The notes under the pieces: generated by a model
Seen by the model: only the letters and a program-made list of their open reading frames with translations
Database searches by the model: none
Told to the model about the DNA's origin: nothing
Made by a program: the position numbers and the translations under genes
NCBI GenBank assembly: GCA_016748015.1
Contig: JAAOMT010000690.1
Coordinates: 186,001 to 250,000 of the forward strand
Length of the DNA: 64,000 nt
Direction of reading: 5' to 3'
Source of the DNA: Geosiphon pyriformis uo1
Lineage: Eukaryota > Fungi > Glomeromycota
Shown: positions 25,001 through 38,700 of the stretch, piece by piece
How positions within the stretch are numbered: position 1 is the first letter of the stretch
How the letters are laid out: each line of letters starts with the position of its first letter

Positions 25001-26157
25001 TTGTGAAACTTGCTTTATTCTTTGTAATAGCAGCTTTTATCCTGTGTTTCGTTTTCTTTTTGAAAAAAAATAAAATAAAAAAGTTTTTTTTTATATATAA
25101 TACTATTTGTAATTATATAAAAAAAACGAAAATATTTAGCAATTTTCCGTTCCTTATGTATGCACCAAGAATAGTAGGGTATCCGAAAAGCTTGAATTTT
25201 TCCTAGAATCACATCAATTTTGTCAATACATGAATATAATACTGTTTGAAAGATCAACAAAACTTGTTTGGCCCATGCACATTTTTTTAATTTCACCTAC
25301 TTTTTTCTTGTTGTACAGAGTATAATACATGTTAATTAATCAAGGAATTGAGTAATTCGAAAAAAAAAACTTCATATTTGAATAAGGACAAATAAAGGTT
25401 TTTCTTTTAAAATATTCCTTTTATATCATGATTATTCTAAATGCAGTGTAGATTCTAAATTCTAGATTCTAGGTTCTAGATCCGGGTAACAACAACTGAC
25501 AAACCGCAAGAACAAAACTTGAAACTATAAGCAAATGTTGAATCTTTAAGTGGGATGTTGACATGTGTCGCCCGATTATACACAAGTCAAAAATGTACAA
25601 TAATTCAAATATTGAATATTGATTTATTGTTGTCAACGAGAAAACAAATTTATAGACTTTAATTGTAGACAATTAAAATGTACGCACACATACACATATA
25701 CACACATAAACACATACACACACACACACACACACGCACACAGACAGACAGACAGACAGAAAATTCAAAATAAATCTTTCTTTCAATTAAGCTTTGGGCA
25801 CAAGTATACAGAAAAATTTTATTTAAAAAATAATTTAACGCGTTTAGTAAGTTTTGAGTTTGAGATTAGTGATTAAAGTTTTTGTGTTACAAACAAATAA
25901 ACAGATAAATGAATTCCGTTTATTAAAGATGTGCATTTTTATAAATTCAAAGATCAAAAGAGTTTTAGAACAAAATCTAATTCTTGTTTTTTAAAATTTC
26001 TCATTTAAAATGTAAACTTTTTTATCAATAAGAAAATTATAGTCGATATGAAAGTTTAAATTTCTTTTTTGAAAAATTTTTAAAAATTTTCAATGAAAAT
26101 AATAAATTATCCTAATGTACATACATACATACATACCTACTTACTAGGGTACATATA

Positions 26158-26188
<31 letters not shown>

Positions 26189-27267
26189 ATGTTAAATAAT
26201 TTGTATGCGAAACAGAATGCATGACAATTTTTTAATAATATCTATTAAAATTTTGGTAACAAATATTTAGAGAAAAAGCACCCAAAAACTTTTAAAAACC
26301 GAGTTCTTGGTTCTCTTTCTTTTTACCGCTGAAAAGAGTTGAACTCTTGACTAATATGGTTATTATTCACGTGAATCATGATAGGTTGTAAAGAAAATGA
26401 ATATTTTTTATGCGTAAAATGATTTTCACCTATTTCAAATTAGCGGAAAAAGTTTTTCTTTTTTAAAATTTCAGATCATGGAAATTTTATTGTTTCCGAA
26501 TTAGGGATTGAATGTTGAAATGAATTTTTCTCATACGTATTCTAGGATTATTCATTTATTTATTAATTCATTCATTCATTCAAACAAAAAGATTTTGATA
26601 TTGGAGTTATTCGTATTAAAAAAGTATTTCAAGTGTCAAGGTAACAGATTAAAGCTTAGTTGATTTTTTTTTTCCAGAATCAACAAGATGCAGTCTGAAA
26701 ATCAACAAAGAATTTTTTTGAAAACTGGTGGTGTTTCATCGGACATTGATTATTAATCGAGACGATTCACAATTTTTCAGACTTGACAAACATATTTTTA
26801 TTTTTTGAATGTAATACGGTCATTTCTTTGAAATTAGATCTGAACTAAGTAAATTTAAAAAAAGAACTTGATCAGTTGATAATAAAATTATAACCAAAAA
26901 AAATTTGGATAAAGTTACTTACTCACTTACTTATTTACTTACTTACTTACTTACTTATTTACTTACTTGCTTGCTCGCTAACACAAGGAAAAATATCGAT
27001 TTGTTTAAATTGGATTTTATTTTGTCCACCTGGTCAAAAAACACCATTTTACAAATCGATCGATAATTTTATAATTATCGACTCGATTTCAAGCATAGGT
27101 CACATCCATAATATTCATTTATCGATTTAATAAAATGCTATTTTTTCAAATTTATTAAAAATCCCAATTGTAGTGCAACAGAAAATCTTATTTTTTATTC
27201 AAGAAATTAAATCTGCGCATATTTAACTTGAGTAAGTTAGTTATAGAAAACATATTTAGAAATATTA

Positions 27268-27303
<36 letters not shown>

Positions 27304-27977
27304 CTTTATTAAATTTGCATTTTTCAATAGAAACAAAGATTCCCATTATTTGATCATGGGAATTAATTAATGACAATGTTTATCGGACAACGAATTCCCA
27401 ACTATTCCTCGTTCTTTGATTTACATTTTTAGGAAACGAAAAAAAAAACGAAATTCTGTTGTGATTAATACATATTTTTTGGGGGCACACCAATTATATT
27501 TCATTTCTCTTGATAAAGTAAGCGAAAACTCTTTTTGAAATTAGTTTATTATTAGTTTGAATATATCAGAGAACAAAGGAAAATGTGATTATCTTTAAAC
27601 CAGATATAATTTTTTTTTCTTTTCCCATGTGAACATTTGTTACGATTTTCAAAAATCTCATGATTGAAAATGGCAAGTTTTAGAATTTGATATGCGGGAT
27701 GAATACAATTGTCAAGAATCCAAGAATTCACTAGAAACTAGTTCTCGAATTGTGTAATTGAAAAGAAGCCAATAATTACCTTTTTAAATTTAAACTCACA
27801 TTTTTAGTTTGGTGAGATTTTCAAAATGGCGAAAAAAATAAAAAAATAAAGAAATAAAAGTAAATTAACTAAATATACATTTATTTATTTTTTTCAAAGC
27901 GAATGAAAAAAACACGTGTATTATCACAATCTATATTTTTTTGTTTGTAAGAGCCGCAGTAAGCAGATTTTGAACAA

Positions 27978-28059
27978 TGTGTGTATGTGTGTGTGTGTGT
28001 GTGTGTGTTGTGTGTGTGTGTGTGTTGTGTGTGTTGTGTGTGTTGTGTGTCTGTGTGTG
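27978..28059. repeat. (TG)n-rich microsatellite
   Basis: Direct read. Confidence 0.9.
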
Positions 28060-28178
28060 TTTGGTCGATACTTGAAAGTGGGGGAAATGTAGATCTTGTT
28101 TCAACCTGCGGAGAGAAAATCTGTTCACTCTTTTTCATTATGTTGACGCGATACATACATCATATTAGCTTATCAGTA

Positions 28179-28221
<43 letters not shown>

Positions 28222-28580
28222 GATCTGCAACAATTTAATTAAAAAAATAATTTACCAGACTTGAAAACTTCTTAAAACTCAGTTTACCAATTGAAGATTT
28301 AATATGGTTTACCAAGTTTCTAATCATAAATTTAATATTTTTTAGTAATTTTATCTGAAGGTCTTTACAAATTGAACAGCACAGAACAAAACTTTACTTT
28401 AAAAAAGAAATTTCCACTAAGAAAAATTTCGTTCTACTTGGAACTGTTGATCAGAATCAGTATAACGATACTTTAATTTTTTTTTAATTTTCAGGTTTGT
28501 TAGAAGAATTATAATTCTTTAAATTTTTTAATATTCATTTTGTGTTTTGAAACTTATCTTTGTTTAAAAGAAAAAAAAAA

Positions 28581-28697
28581 CTCTGTTTAGATAGATTTGT
28601 TTGCTAACCAAGAATTTTATTAATCAAAAAAAAAAAAAACTCTGTTTAGATAGATTTGTTTGCTAACCAAGAATTTTATTAATCAAAAAAAAAAAAA
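28581..28697. repeat. Tandem duplication of a 45-bp unit plus its A-tract
   Basis: CTCTGTTTAGATAGATTTGTTTGCTAACCAAGAATTTTATTAATC occurs at 28581-28625 and 28640-28684, each copy bounded by A-runs. Confidence 0.95.
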
Positions 28698-29872
28698 GAA
28701 AAAAAAAGTAAATTTGAATCTAATAAAGAGAAATCTATAATAAAAAGATCTGAATGATTTCAAAAAACTTTTCAATAATAATAATATAATTTGTAAAAAA
28801 TGCACGTGAAAACTAAACTCGCTGAATGAATAATAAAGCTGATCTTTAATAAATAAAAAATTTAATATATTTTACTAATTAGTTTAAAAACTCCACCTAG
28901 TGAAAATCTAACAAATAGCATTTTTAAATTGAAAAACGAAAAAAGCGGAAAATAAAAAAAAGATATCAATCAAGAATTTTTAATTATCTTTTATTAAAAA
29001 AAAAAAAAAAAAGATTTTATTTCAAAAAACATTAAAATACATGTATTTAAATTTTGACAGTTTACCAAAAAAATAGTAACTGTAGCAAGACAGGCATGCG
29101 GTATACAATTTTTTTTTGGTTGATTGATGTAAAACTATCAGGTATTTTAATAGAAATAAATAAATAAATAAATAAATATATTTATTATTTTGACATTTGT
29201 TAAACCTCAACAATATAAAATATTTCTCTTTGGGTATCTTGTTTAATTAACATTTCTTTAAAATGTTTATAAAAATAATAGTATATATGATTTTTTTGTC
29301 CATATTATACTTTTTTTTCTTTCCAGTTACTTCTCTTTACATATTGTTAATCAACATATTTAAAGGGAGAGCAATCAATTAATGCATCCTTTTTCTCTAT
29401 TAATCACATGTGATCTCATATAATAAGGGATTGAAATGGGTCATAAAAGCTTTACACGACAGTGAAAAAAAAGCTAATTTTATTTGCATAAAATTGCGAA
29501 ATTTTGTTCAATATTATGTGTGGACATGGTTCTAGACGTTTGACAGTGGTCTCTTAATTGTTAGTCAAGTCAATCGGGAAAATTATAAATTAAAGGGTTA
29601 AAGGGTCTACCATAACAGTTAATACAATTAGACTTTTTTTCTGGTATCCAAAAAAATTTGAAGAGTAGAAAACATTTTCTGAAAATCGAAGGATCGAGAT
29701 ACCCTCGGTGATGTCCTTTGACTAATTTCGATTATAAGAAATGGCGTAAAACACTTTTTTGATGCATTTCTGTTTTCAATTGTTCCGCAAAAAAATTATC
29801 GCGCTGGTACGAGAACAGTTCGAGAATATAATCGGCGTTTAGAATATTTTTTTGGTATATTTCATTTTACCG

Positions 29873-29931
29873 CCTAACCCTAACCCTAACCCTAACCCTA
29901 ACCAAAACCAAAACCAAAACCAAAACCTTAA
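29873..29931. repeat. Interstitial telomere-like repeat, (CCCTAA) x~5 grading into (CCAAAA) x4
   Basis: cctaa ccctaa x4 ccaaaa x4 ccttaa. TTAGGG is the common fungal telomere unit. Confidence 0.85.
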
Positions 29932-30797
29932 AAATAAAATCTGTCAAATTGTCTAAAAAAACTTTTAAATTTATTCTTTTTGATAATGGTTTATTTTTTT
30001 TTGGGAAATTGGCAATATTCTTCAACATTCTAATGAAAAAAATTCATAAATTGTTAAACTCAAATTATGATTTTAAAACCTGTCTAAAATCCGTAACTTA
30101 ATTTCTTACGATATTCTATTTTAAATTCCTGTTTTTCGCAATGTTTCAGAATCGCTACTTTTTTGTTTAATAATTGCGCAATTTTTATTTAATGGTCAAA
30201 TTGAATGAATTTGTGATCATTGTAAAGATTAGGTATCCGCGCAATTATACATTATTTATTCAAGAAATTCTTGATTTTGAAATGAATAATATAAATCTAA
30301 TAATTCCGCATTCTATCATTTTATGTTTTTTACCCTTTGAGAAAACATTCCCTGCGTGAAATCATATAAAATTGACTGCAATAGTAATACAATTTTCACA
30401 AAAATCATGTCATCGCAAACTCATTCAAATTCTTTGAAAGCTATATTCAGCCCATACGCCAACTAGCATTACTTGCATGAATAGGGATCAATTTTTTATA
30501 GAAAAAGTTTAAATTTTTCATGCAGTGAAATAAAAGAAAATTTTTTTTATCATCCGCCGCCGCAAAACCTTTACATTATTGTTAAAAAATGAGAAATAGG
30601 AGTTCAGGCATATAGGGAATTTTTCAATTTCTATCACATGTATCAGTAAGAAATGATCAATTGTAATAATTAAGAATTTTAATGAGATTCAGAATTTTAA
30701 CATGCGACATTTGAAGTTTAAGATTTTTTTGTACATGTATTTTTTACTTTTGAATAAATACCATTCTGACGTTATTGTTCGATTCAGCCAACACGGA

Positions 30798-30828
<31 letters not shown>

Positions 30829-31053
30829 GGCAAATAAACTCTAGCATTTTTTATATTGATCATTTTGAGATAGATAGATAGATAGATAGATATAAATGTA
30901 GTTTGCACAAACTCTTTAAAAACATGGTCTTTTTCCCGATGGAATCTAGACTTACATATTTGAACTGTAATTTTATCATTCATCTATTTTAAACTTTAAA
31001 AAGAAAAGAATACATCAAGGTAAAACAAAAATTAGTTTAAATTTTAGTTTGCG

Positions 31054-31131
31054 AGTGTGTGTGTGTGTGTGTGTTTGTGAGTGAGTGAGTGAGTGAGTGA
31101 GTGAGTGAGTGTGTGTGTGAGTGTGTGTGTG
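31054..31131. repeat. (GT)n/(GAGT)n microsatellite
   Basis: Direct read. Confidence 0.9.
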
Positions 31132-33357
31132 TTTCATTCAAACGACATAAAAATTTGAAAAAATTATATAAACTAAAGTTTATTTTAATCCCGAGGGGTA
31201 GCGAATATGCACGATCTAGTTGATCGTATAAAGGAATTTTTTAAACTCCTCGATTGAATAATGTTAAAAAAATTTGGGAAATTTACACACACATATTGTG
31301 GCGTACATTTTTGAGTAACAAAAGTTTAGACAGCTGACAGGCACCAAAAGTAATACTTGCAGAATCAGCATAATCTTTCTGGGATTTTACAAGTGGAACT
31401 TGAATTTGAAAAAAAAAAAATCAGCCAAATTTACAAAAATAGTTTGGTTTTTAATTATTAATTGATTTTATAAATATTTATTTTTGCTATAAATTTTTTT
31501 TGGAAAATTCCGTATTGAAACGTATCTAATAATATAATCAATTTAATTTGAAGTATATATTAATTAGCTTTAAATTAAAAATATTATTATAATTTGAAAC
31601 CGTTTATACTTTAAAAGACAAAATTAGTGATACTGGTGGTGATGGTGGTGGTAGGGCAAAATCCCAATCTATTCGAAAAGTGTAAACCGCAACAAGGGGG
31701 GGGGGGGTGAGAGGGAGAGGGAGAGGGAGAGGGAGAGGGATAGGGGAAGGTTCAATCTCACAAATTTTAAGTAGTTTACCTTTTACACATGATTTTGTTC
31801 AGATCTTTTTAGATAATGCATGTATTTTTTTGAGGAACCCCCTAACCATAATTTTAGAAAATTTTAGCACATGCTTAGTTTCCTCTGGAATATTTTTAAA
31901 TTGAAAAGTGATATATTTTAGAATCCCAAAAAAAAATTTTGAATCACATCAAGCTGACGAAATCGAAAATTCGTCAAAATTTTGGGATTCAAATCGAGCC
32001 AAAAATATGACACGATTCTACAAGGATTTTAACGCTATAATACTTTTAATCAAGATAAAAATTCTATAAAGATTTTCATCAATTTTTTGAATTTATTATA
32101 TTTAATATATTCGATACAATCGCATAATATATTATGTTTTTAAATTTTTTTTCAAACGATAATAGCATTTAAAATCGTATAATATTTGATGCTTTTAACT
32201 TTTTTAGAAGGACAAAATAAATAAATTTCTTTAAACATTGTAAAAATTTTTAAGTTGAGCTTTTTTCAAAAAAAAAAAAAATTCTTGAAATTTTATTTTA
32301 GAAATTTTGAAGATTAGCACAGAAGTGAAATTAAAAAACTTTTTTTAATGTTAACAAATTAGATCAAAATCAAGTCTCAATTTAATTGAAATTTATATAC
32401 ATATTTGTATATAATTAAGTTTTAAGATTAAGATAATTCTATAAGCTGATTCATCATGAAATTCGAAAAAAAATTAAAATAATAAATTTAAATTTTTTTT
32501 ATTAAATTATTAAAATTTTATTTAATTACATGTTTTTTACTACTGAAAGTTAAAATTTATCTATTTTTATAATCAAATAATTGTATTATCAAACTTTATT
32601 TTTCTAGCCAGAATAAAGAAATAAATTTTTTTTGTAGTTTGATGAAAGCAATAAATTGAAATTAAAGATGATAATAATTGAAATTAAAGATGATAATAAT
32701 AAAACCGTTTCTTACTTCTAATCTTGATCTTATTTTCCTGGTAAATGTTAGTCTCATTTAATTTTTAAGACTTAAAAAAAAAATAAAAAAATAAACGATG
32801 AAATGCTAACGATAAAATCTTTCTATTAATTAATCAGTTTTCAAATTTCACATTATTAGTTAAAATCACTTTATTTATGCAAGATTCAAAAGTCCCAAAG
32901 AATTGATCCCCCTGAAATTGATAACTATTAAATGATAAAAAAGTCAATATTTTGGTTTAAAGTTTTTATTTTCTTTATATCATTAAATGCATTTCAAAAG
33001 AATTACATTCATTTAAAAAATATTGTTGAAATTTTAAAATATTAATATTAATCTTGTTTATGAAATTACAATTTTATTGAAAATTTCTGTTCTCTTGATT
33101 TTAATCAATTTTTCACATTTGACTCTTTTATTTCAAAGTAAATAAATGAAACTATTCAAGTTTATCTAATTCCTTATGCGTTTATATTTCGCTACTAGCT
33201 AATCATTATTATATTTTTTATTTAATTGTCTCGCAATCAAAATTAAAAAATTAATCAAATAATTTATTTTAAATAACTAATTGAAATTTAAATTGACAAT
33301 TACATGATCAAAGAAAATATTATTTTAAAGTAACATAATCATTAAATTGGTTTTAAA

Positions 33358-34442
33358 TTATGAAAAAGACAAGATAAAAACAACAAAGGCAAAAAAAAGA
33401 CTGCCACCTGAACACGTAGCCGTTGAACCAATATTAGAAGAGGGAGTTTTAGTAGTATTATTAGAAGAGGGAGTTATAGTAGTATTAGTGGAGGTTGAAA
33501 TAGTAGTTTTACTCAAACAATTATAAGACGTAATATTAGCTTTCAAATCATTGATTTCATTAACCTCTTCCAAAAATGGGCTATCAAGAGGATTTGTTTG
33601 AACATAGTCAAAATAAATGTTGGAAGTTTTCTGAAAATCTTCACCACAGACAATATCCCACGGCATATTTTCCACAGAATAAAGGCGGTCGTTTGACACA
33701 TAATAATACTCAATATAGGTTGATGGTGGAAAGCGGGAATTTCTAAAATAAGTCTTTGATTTATGTCCTCCAAAATAGGTTTTAATGAGATTATCAATTT
33801 CAAACCAGCTATAATAATCTGCAATTAAATTCCAAATTGATAGGTATTAGATTTATAAAAAATTCATCGTGTTATAAATACAATATTTAATAAAAATACC
33901 CACTTGATCTCGAACTTTTTGTGCACAAATTTTCATAATCTGGCTTTGCAAAATAGTAAACTGTGAATAAATTTTTGACTAGACGAGCTATATAATTTGT
34001 TCCTTGTATTTCCTTTTCACAAGCAAGTTGTATTTGTTTATATCCGCCTACTGAAACCGAGGATTGACATGGATTCAACTTAGAACAAAAATTTTCAATT
34101 TCAAGATTAAACAAAGTATCATTATCGTAAACAAATAATCTCGTTTTGGTCATGGGTGTCAATTCTATACATCTTAAGAAATCTTCCATGAGGATTACAT
34201 GTGTAATCATAATACTCGAGGATGTGGAGTGGGTAAAGAGTTTTAAGACAAGGTGTGCATGTTGTTACGTTATAGAATTTAGAACAGGGATCACTTGGCG
34301 TTGTATAATTAGAAGATGTTGTATTCTGAGAGGGCGTTGTATAATAAGAGGACGTTGTATGATAAGAGTTTGTTGAGGTTTGTGCAGAAACATAAATAAT
34401 GAAAAAAATTATTGATATTGGAATCAGTTTAGTTGAAGACAT
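33358..34442 (-). CDS. Secreted Cys-rich, Ser/Thr-rich, probably GPI-anchored surface protein with an apparent +1 frameshift at about 34122-34210 (possible pseudogene)
   Basis: Signal peptide MSSTKLIPISIIFFIIYVSA, followed by a Cys-containing domain split over two overlapping frames. Intron 33819-33903 (GTGGGT...CTAAT...CAG) puts the last exon in frame (YYSWFEIDNLIKTYF...). An S/T-rich stalk ends in the hydrophobic C-terminus SGGSLFFAFVVFILSFS. Confidence 0.75.
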
Positions 34443-35048
34443 GATTTGGTTTTCTGAATCTCAAGGAAAAGTCCAATTTTAATTGAAGTTTTGTATCTTT
34501 TACAAACAAGGTGTATTTATAATGTCGAATTCGTGATATATAACTAATGGAAAGTTTTAGTAATGAGAGAGTTTGGATACAAAAATAAAATTGTTATTTT
34601 TTATCCAAAACTCTAATCAGCCTAAAAGCGGTGGAAGCTTACACTCAATTTTTTAATTTTCCCAATTTTTTAATCACACTACCATAATAAAGAAAGTTTC
34701 TTGAATTGAAACAAGATATTTACAGTTATATTTGGGTAACGGAAGTTACCGAGAGAACACAAAATCTTAAAATGGTAGAATAAAGAGTCAAGTTTACCAA
34801 AAATTAGTTTTTAAAGTCTCAAAAAGGGAGAATACAGAGTTAAAGTTTGAAAAACTTTGTCGAATTCAAAAACCCGTTGAAACTTGCCTCTTTTTTGAAG
34901 CCACAAAAAGCTATTTTCGCACAAATGTTCAATAGTATTTATTCCACAAAAATTATCTTTGAAAATACTCGATAAAGTAAAATATAATCTTGATTTGAGA
35001 TGGTTGCTCCGAAGTAAAGTATCGAGTTTATTGATATATTTTATGTGT

Positions 35049-35079
35049 AATTTAGATGATAAGAATTATCATCTAAATT
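35049..35079. repeat. Perfect inverted repeat, 14-bp arms
   Basis: AATTTAGATGATAA-GAA-TTATCATCTAAATT. Confidence 0.9.
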
Positions 35080-35663
35080 GAATTTCTCACATCTCTTTAA
35101 TTTTTGTCTCTTGGAAATATTTCAAACTTGAAAACTTGAAAACTTGAATTGCTTGAACGAGCATTTTATTAGGTTTATTTCGAGTAGAAATCAAAATAAA
35201 CCTACAACCAACCAACCAACCAACCAACCAACAAACAAACAAACAAACAAACAAACTCTTAAATGTATTGACTAATTTGAATTAAAAAAAATTTCGTTTT
35301 TTACAGTATAACCAAATTTAGAAATTCTGCACTTCACAATAACCAGAAACCTCAATTTTTTTTTTAGCTGGATATACAAATTCGGGATCATTTAACACAT
35401 GTATAATCTTATTTTGAGATGTGGATCTTTTCAATGAGGAAGAATCCGGAAAATTAACCAAAAAAAATAATTGAGCATATTATTAACTGGATGGCTTGTC
35501 ATGTGTCAACGTGATTTAAATGGTATTATGTTACAAGGAAAAGGCTTAAGATAAAATATATTTTTATGACAGAATATCAAAATAATAAGAATAATTTTAT
35601 AATTCCACTGTAATATTGGAAAATTTTGATGCCACTTCAATTTTGCCTATTGAAAAGCTCTCG

Positions 35664-35731
35664 TAAATATTACAAAGTTAGAATTAAATGTCAGAGATTA
35701 CTGACATTTAATTCTAACTTTGTAATATTTA
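35664..35731. repeat. Perfect inverted repeat, 31-bp arms, 6-nt loop
   Basis: TAAATATTACAAAGTTAGAATTAAATGTCAG-AGATTA-CTGACATTTAATTCTAACTTTGTAATATTTA. Confidence 0.97.
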
Positions 35732-38700
35732 AACGTTTCTTTTAAGCAAAAAAAATATTTTTCCAATTTAACCTTGACAAAATTTAAAAGAAAAACTGAG
35801 TATTCAATTTTTAAATCAAAATTTGAAAATTTAAAAAAATTACATTTTGAACATTACTTGGCAGTCTGTCGTTTATCCACACAACCTAAAAAGTAGGTTT
35901 AGTTTTCTGGGTCGGTGCCAAACTATCGTCACTGACTACTTGGAAAAATATTATCTTAGAACATCCCATTTAATCAAGGATCATAGTTCAATTTACACGG
36001 GTTCCTAAATCTTCTATGATTTTAATTAAAATACTCGTTCAATTATTATTAATATGAGATGTGATGTTTTGCATCTATCTAAATATATCTAAACTAAAGT
36101 TCATGAAAGTATTGATCTAAGTTAATATCTTAAACATTTAATCTGAGTGGAAGTAATTAGGTTCATTTTTGAAGGATAACAACATGTTTCTTCTAAAAGA
36201 AATTTAACAGGGTATCAGTTTGATCTTTCACAGTTTCATATAATCTATTATGGTAGTAAGCAACATTCAATTTAAATTCTCGATATTTGAAATAGATGAC
36301 GTGCTGATGCTTAATAATAATCAAAGAATGGAATTTCAAATATTCAAAAAGACAGTGTTATTAGTTGCGCATAATTTTTCCGGCAGTGCATCACCGGGAT
36401 CAGCAATCAACAATAAGTTAGCTGAGTTATTGATTAGGAAATTGGTATCCTTGACTTAAAACAAATTGCGATATGATATATTGTGATACATGTATATATC
36501 CTCAATTATAAATCGAAAAAAAAAAGATGGGGAAATAACCTTAGCTAAATGTTCATCTCGAGAATAGTAGATTTTTCTTATCCCAAACTTTAAAAAGTTG
36601 GGTTTCTTGATTCTTCGATAAGCGGTATGCAGAAAATCAGATTTGAGTGGAATGCTAAAATTTTAAATGCAGATTTCAGGCAACACATGATACTTGAAAT
36701 GATTTTCAAGACATGAACAATTTTTGGTGAAATGAAAAATCGATGTGGAATTCGAGAATTCTATGATTGGCAAATATAGAAAATAAAGCGTACTTTATAA
36801 ATTATGCAATTTCATTATACTTGCTTGCTTGCTTTCATTTTTAAGAGTTTGGGTCATCAAGGGGTTATTCTCGAAATGCATACATGGTATGAGAAAAACT
36901 TTACCTTTTAAAACGCTGTACAGACACAATCTTTTAAAAGATTGAGGGTTTAAGAAATTATAGAGTAAATTACTTTATATTCAAAAAAAAAACTAGGGTG
37001 ACTCTAAAAAGGACTTGTGGATTTTTCTCCAAACAACCATCTTTTCTTGTGTCTTTATTTCAAAAAAGTGATTGGTATATTTTTGGTAATTAATTAGCTT
37101 TTACCCTTGTGGGTCGTTTAGATATTTGAGCAACCCTGTTATTCGATTCATGGAAAGTTAATGTATAAATTTTTGGGAAAACTGGATCGATCATCCCGAG
37201 GAATTATTTGTTAAAATTTTAAAAACCCTTTTTCAAGATTGATCAAGAATTTATTTTTTTATATACCAAAAATTTCTTTGTTTTAAGCTTTGATCCTTAA
37301 AATTGAATAAAAAAATTAAATATTTAGGCAAATTGCGGTGATTAATAATTTTTTGATACGATTCTTTTCAAAATTAGATATGTAATAATTCTTATAGCTT
37401 TGTAAATTTTGAATGTAATTAAGGTTATATCATGGTTTTTTCAAGATTTGATTTTACATGGTATAGAAATTTTGATTGTTCAATTTTTATTTAAAAAAAG
37501 AAAACTCAATAAATGGATATCTTATTTTTAAAAACACTCAAATAATTTATTGAAGTTCTTTAAAAATATGTTTCACAAAAGATTCTCGCACCATCCCAGC
37601 CTCTTTTATATAACCACGATAATCTTTTTAGCAGTGAGATTAAATTTTTACCTTGTCAAATAATAATGACCAATTTTTTTAAAAAAAACAAAAACATCTT
37701 AGTAATCCTAATATTTATAGAAATATAGAGATATAATATGTTTTAAGATGGCTAATCCTTGATCAATGACAAATTAAATATTTCAAGAATGGATAGTACG
37801 ATCAATAACGGAAAAACCTGGCGCCAACACGTTTAACCGTTTTAAAATATTTTAACAATTTTTCGAGTAAGCCTATTATTCACTTTTGAGTTTACAAAAA
37901 GTTGCAATCGAATCGAAACTATCAAGTTAATATCTTTGTCTAGTTCTATTTTTCTTGTTAAGCTTTCACTTTTTATGCTTTAATTTTTTCAGTACGTCAC
38001 AAGCCTTTGATGCATATTTAATCGTTACTTTTCTACACCAAAGCGGTGTCTATCTCAACAAGAATTGTAACGATATTTTATTGAATTCAAAATAATTGGA
38101 TCATCATCATTACTTGACAATAGAATAAAGTAATAGCTGAGAATTCTTGAGGGTGAATTGATAATCTTTATGCTCGAAAATTTGTCCCAGCTTTTTTCTT
38201 AAAGAAATTATTCGACTTAATACTGATCTTTTTAGACTAAATAAAAGGGCTCATTAGAAATTTCAAAAGTAAAAATTTAGTTTCAAAGAATTTAATTTTG
38301 TATTTCAATGATTCTATAATGACATAATCCATAAATTTCATAATTTCCTGATATTTTTTAAAACGAAATAACTTTCCATATTATCGTGGAAACTTTCTCA
38401 AATCAAAACATTGAATCGTATTTATTTAATAGCTCATAAAAACTTTACGAAAATATCAATAAAAATTCGAGAAAATTCCGAATTCAATACCAAACTGATT
38501 CATCTACTCTACTATCTTTTTGTATAAATTAAAATTTATAATTCCTTATGTATTTTTTTCTATGCTTTCACATTGATAAAGTCACAAAAACAGCAATCAA
38601 CTTGAGATTGAAAAACGAAGTAAAATTTTTTCTGATATTTGGAATATATATTACTATTCTGTTAAAGTAGATTTATTGAATCACTGATAACTATAATATT

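Noticed and set aside
28581-28697. Direct repeats here, at about 32655-32700 and at about 41467-41522 as a CRISPR-like array or LTRs
   Set aside because: Each has two adjacent copies with no unique spacers, consistent with simple slippage duplication in a eukaryote.
29873-29901. Telomerase RNA template
   Set aside because: Templates hold about 1.5 repeats, whereas this is a five-unit array with no recognisable pseudoknot.
33543-33824. 93-aa ORF MQIIIAGLK...
   Set aside because: Alternative frame of the last exon. The phase-1 GTGGGT donor gives the frame that reaches the GPI-like tail.
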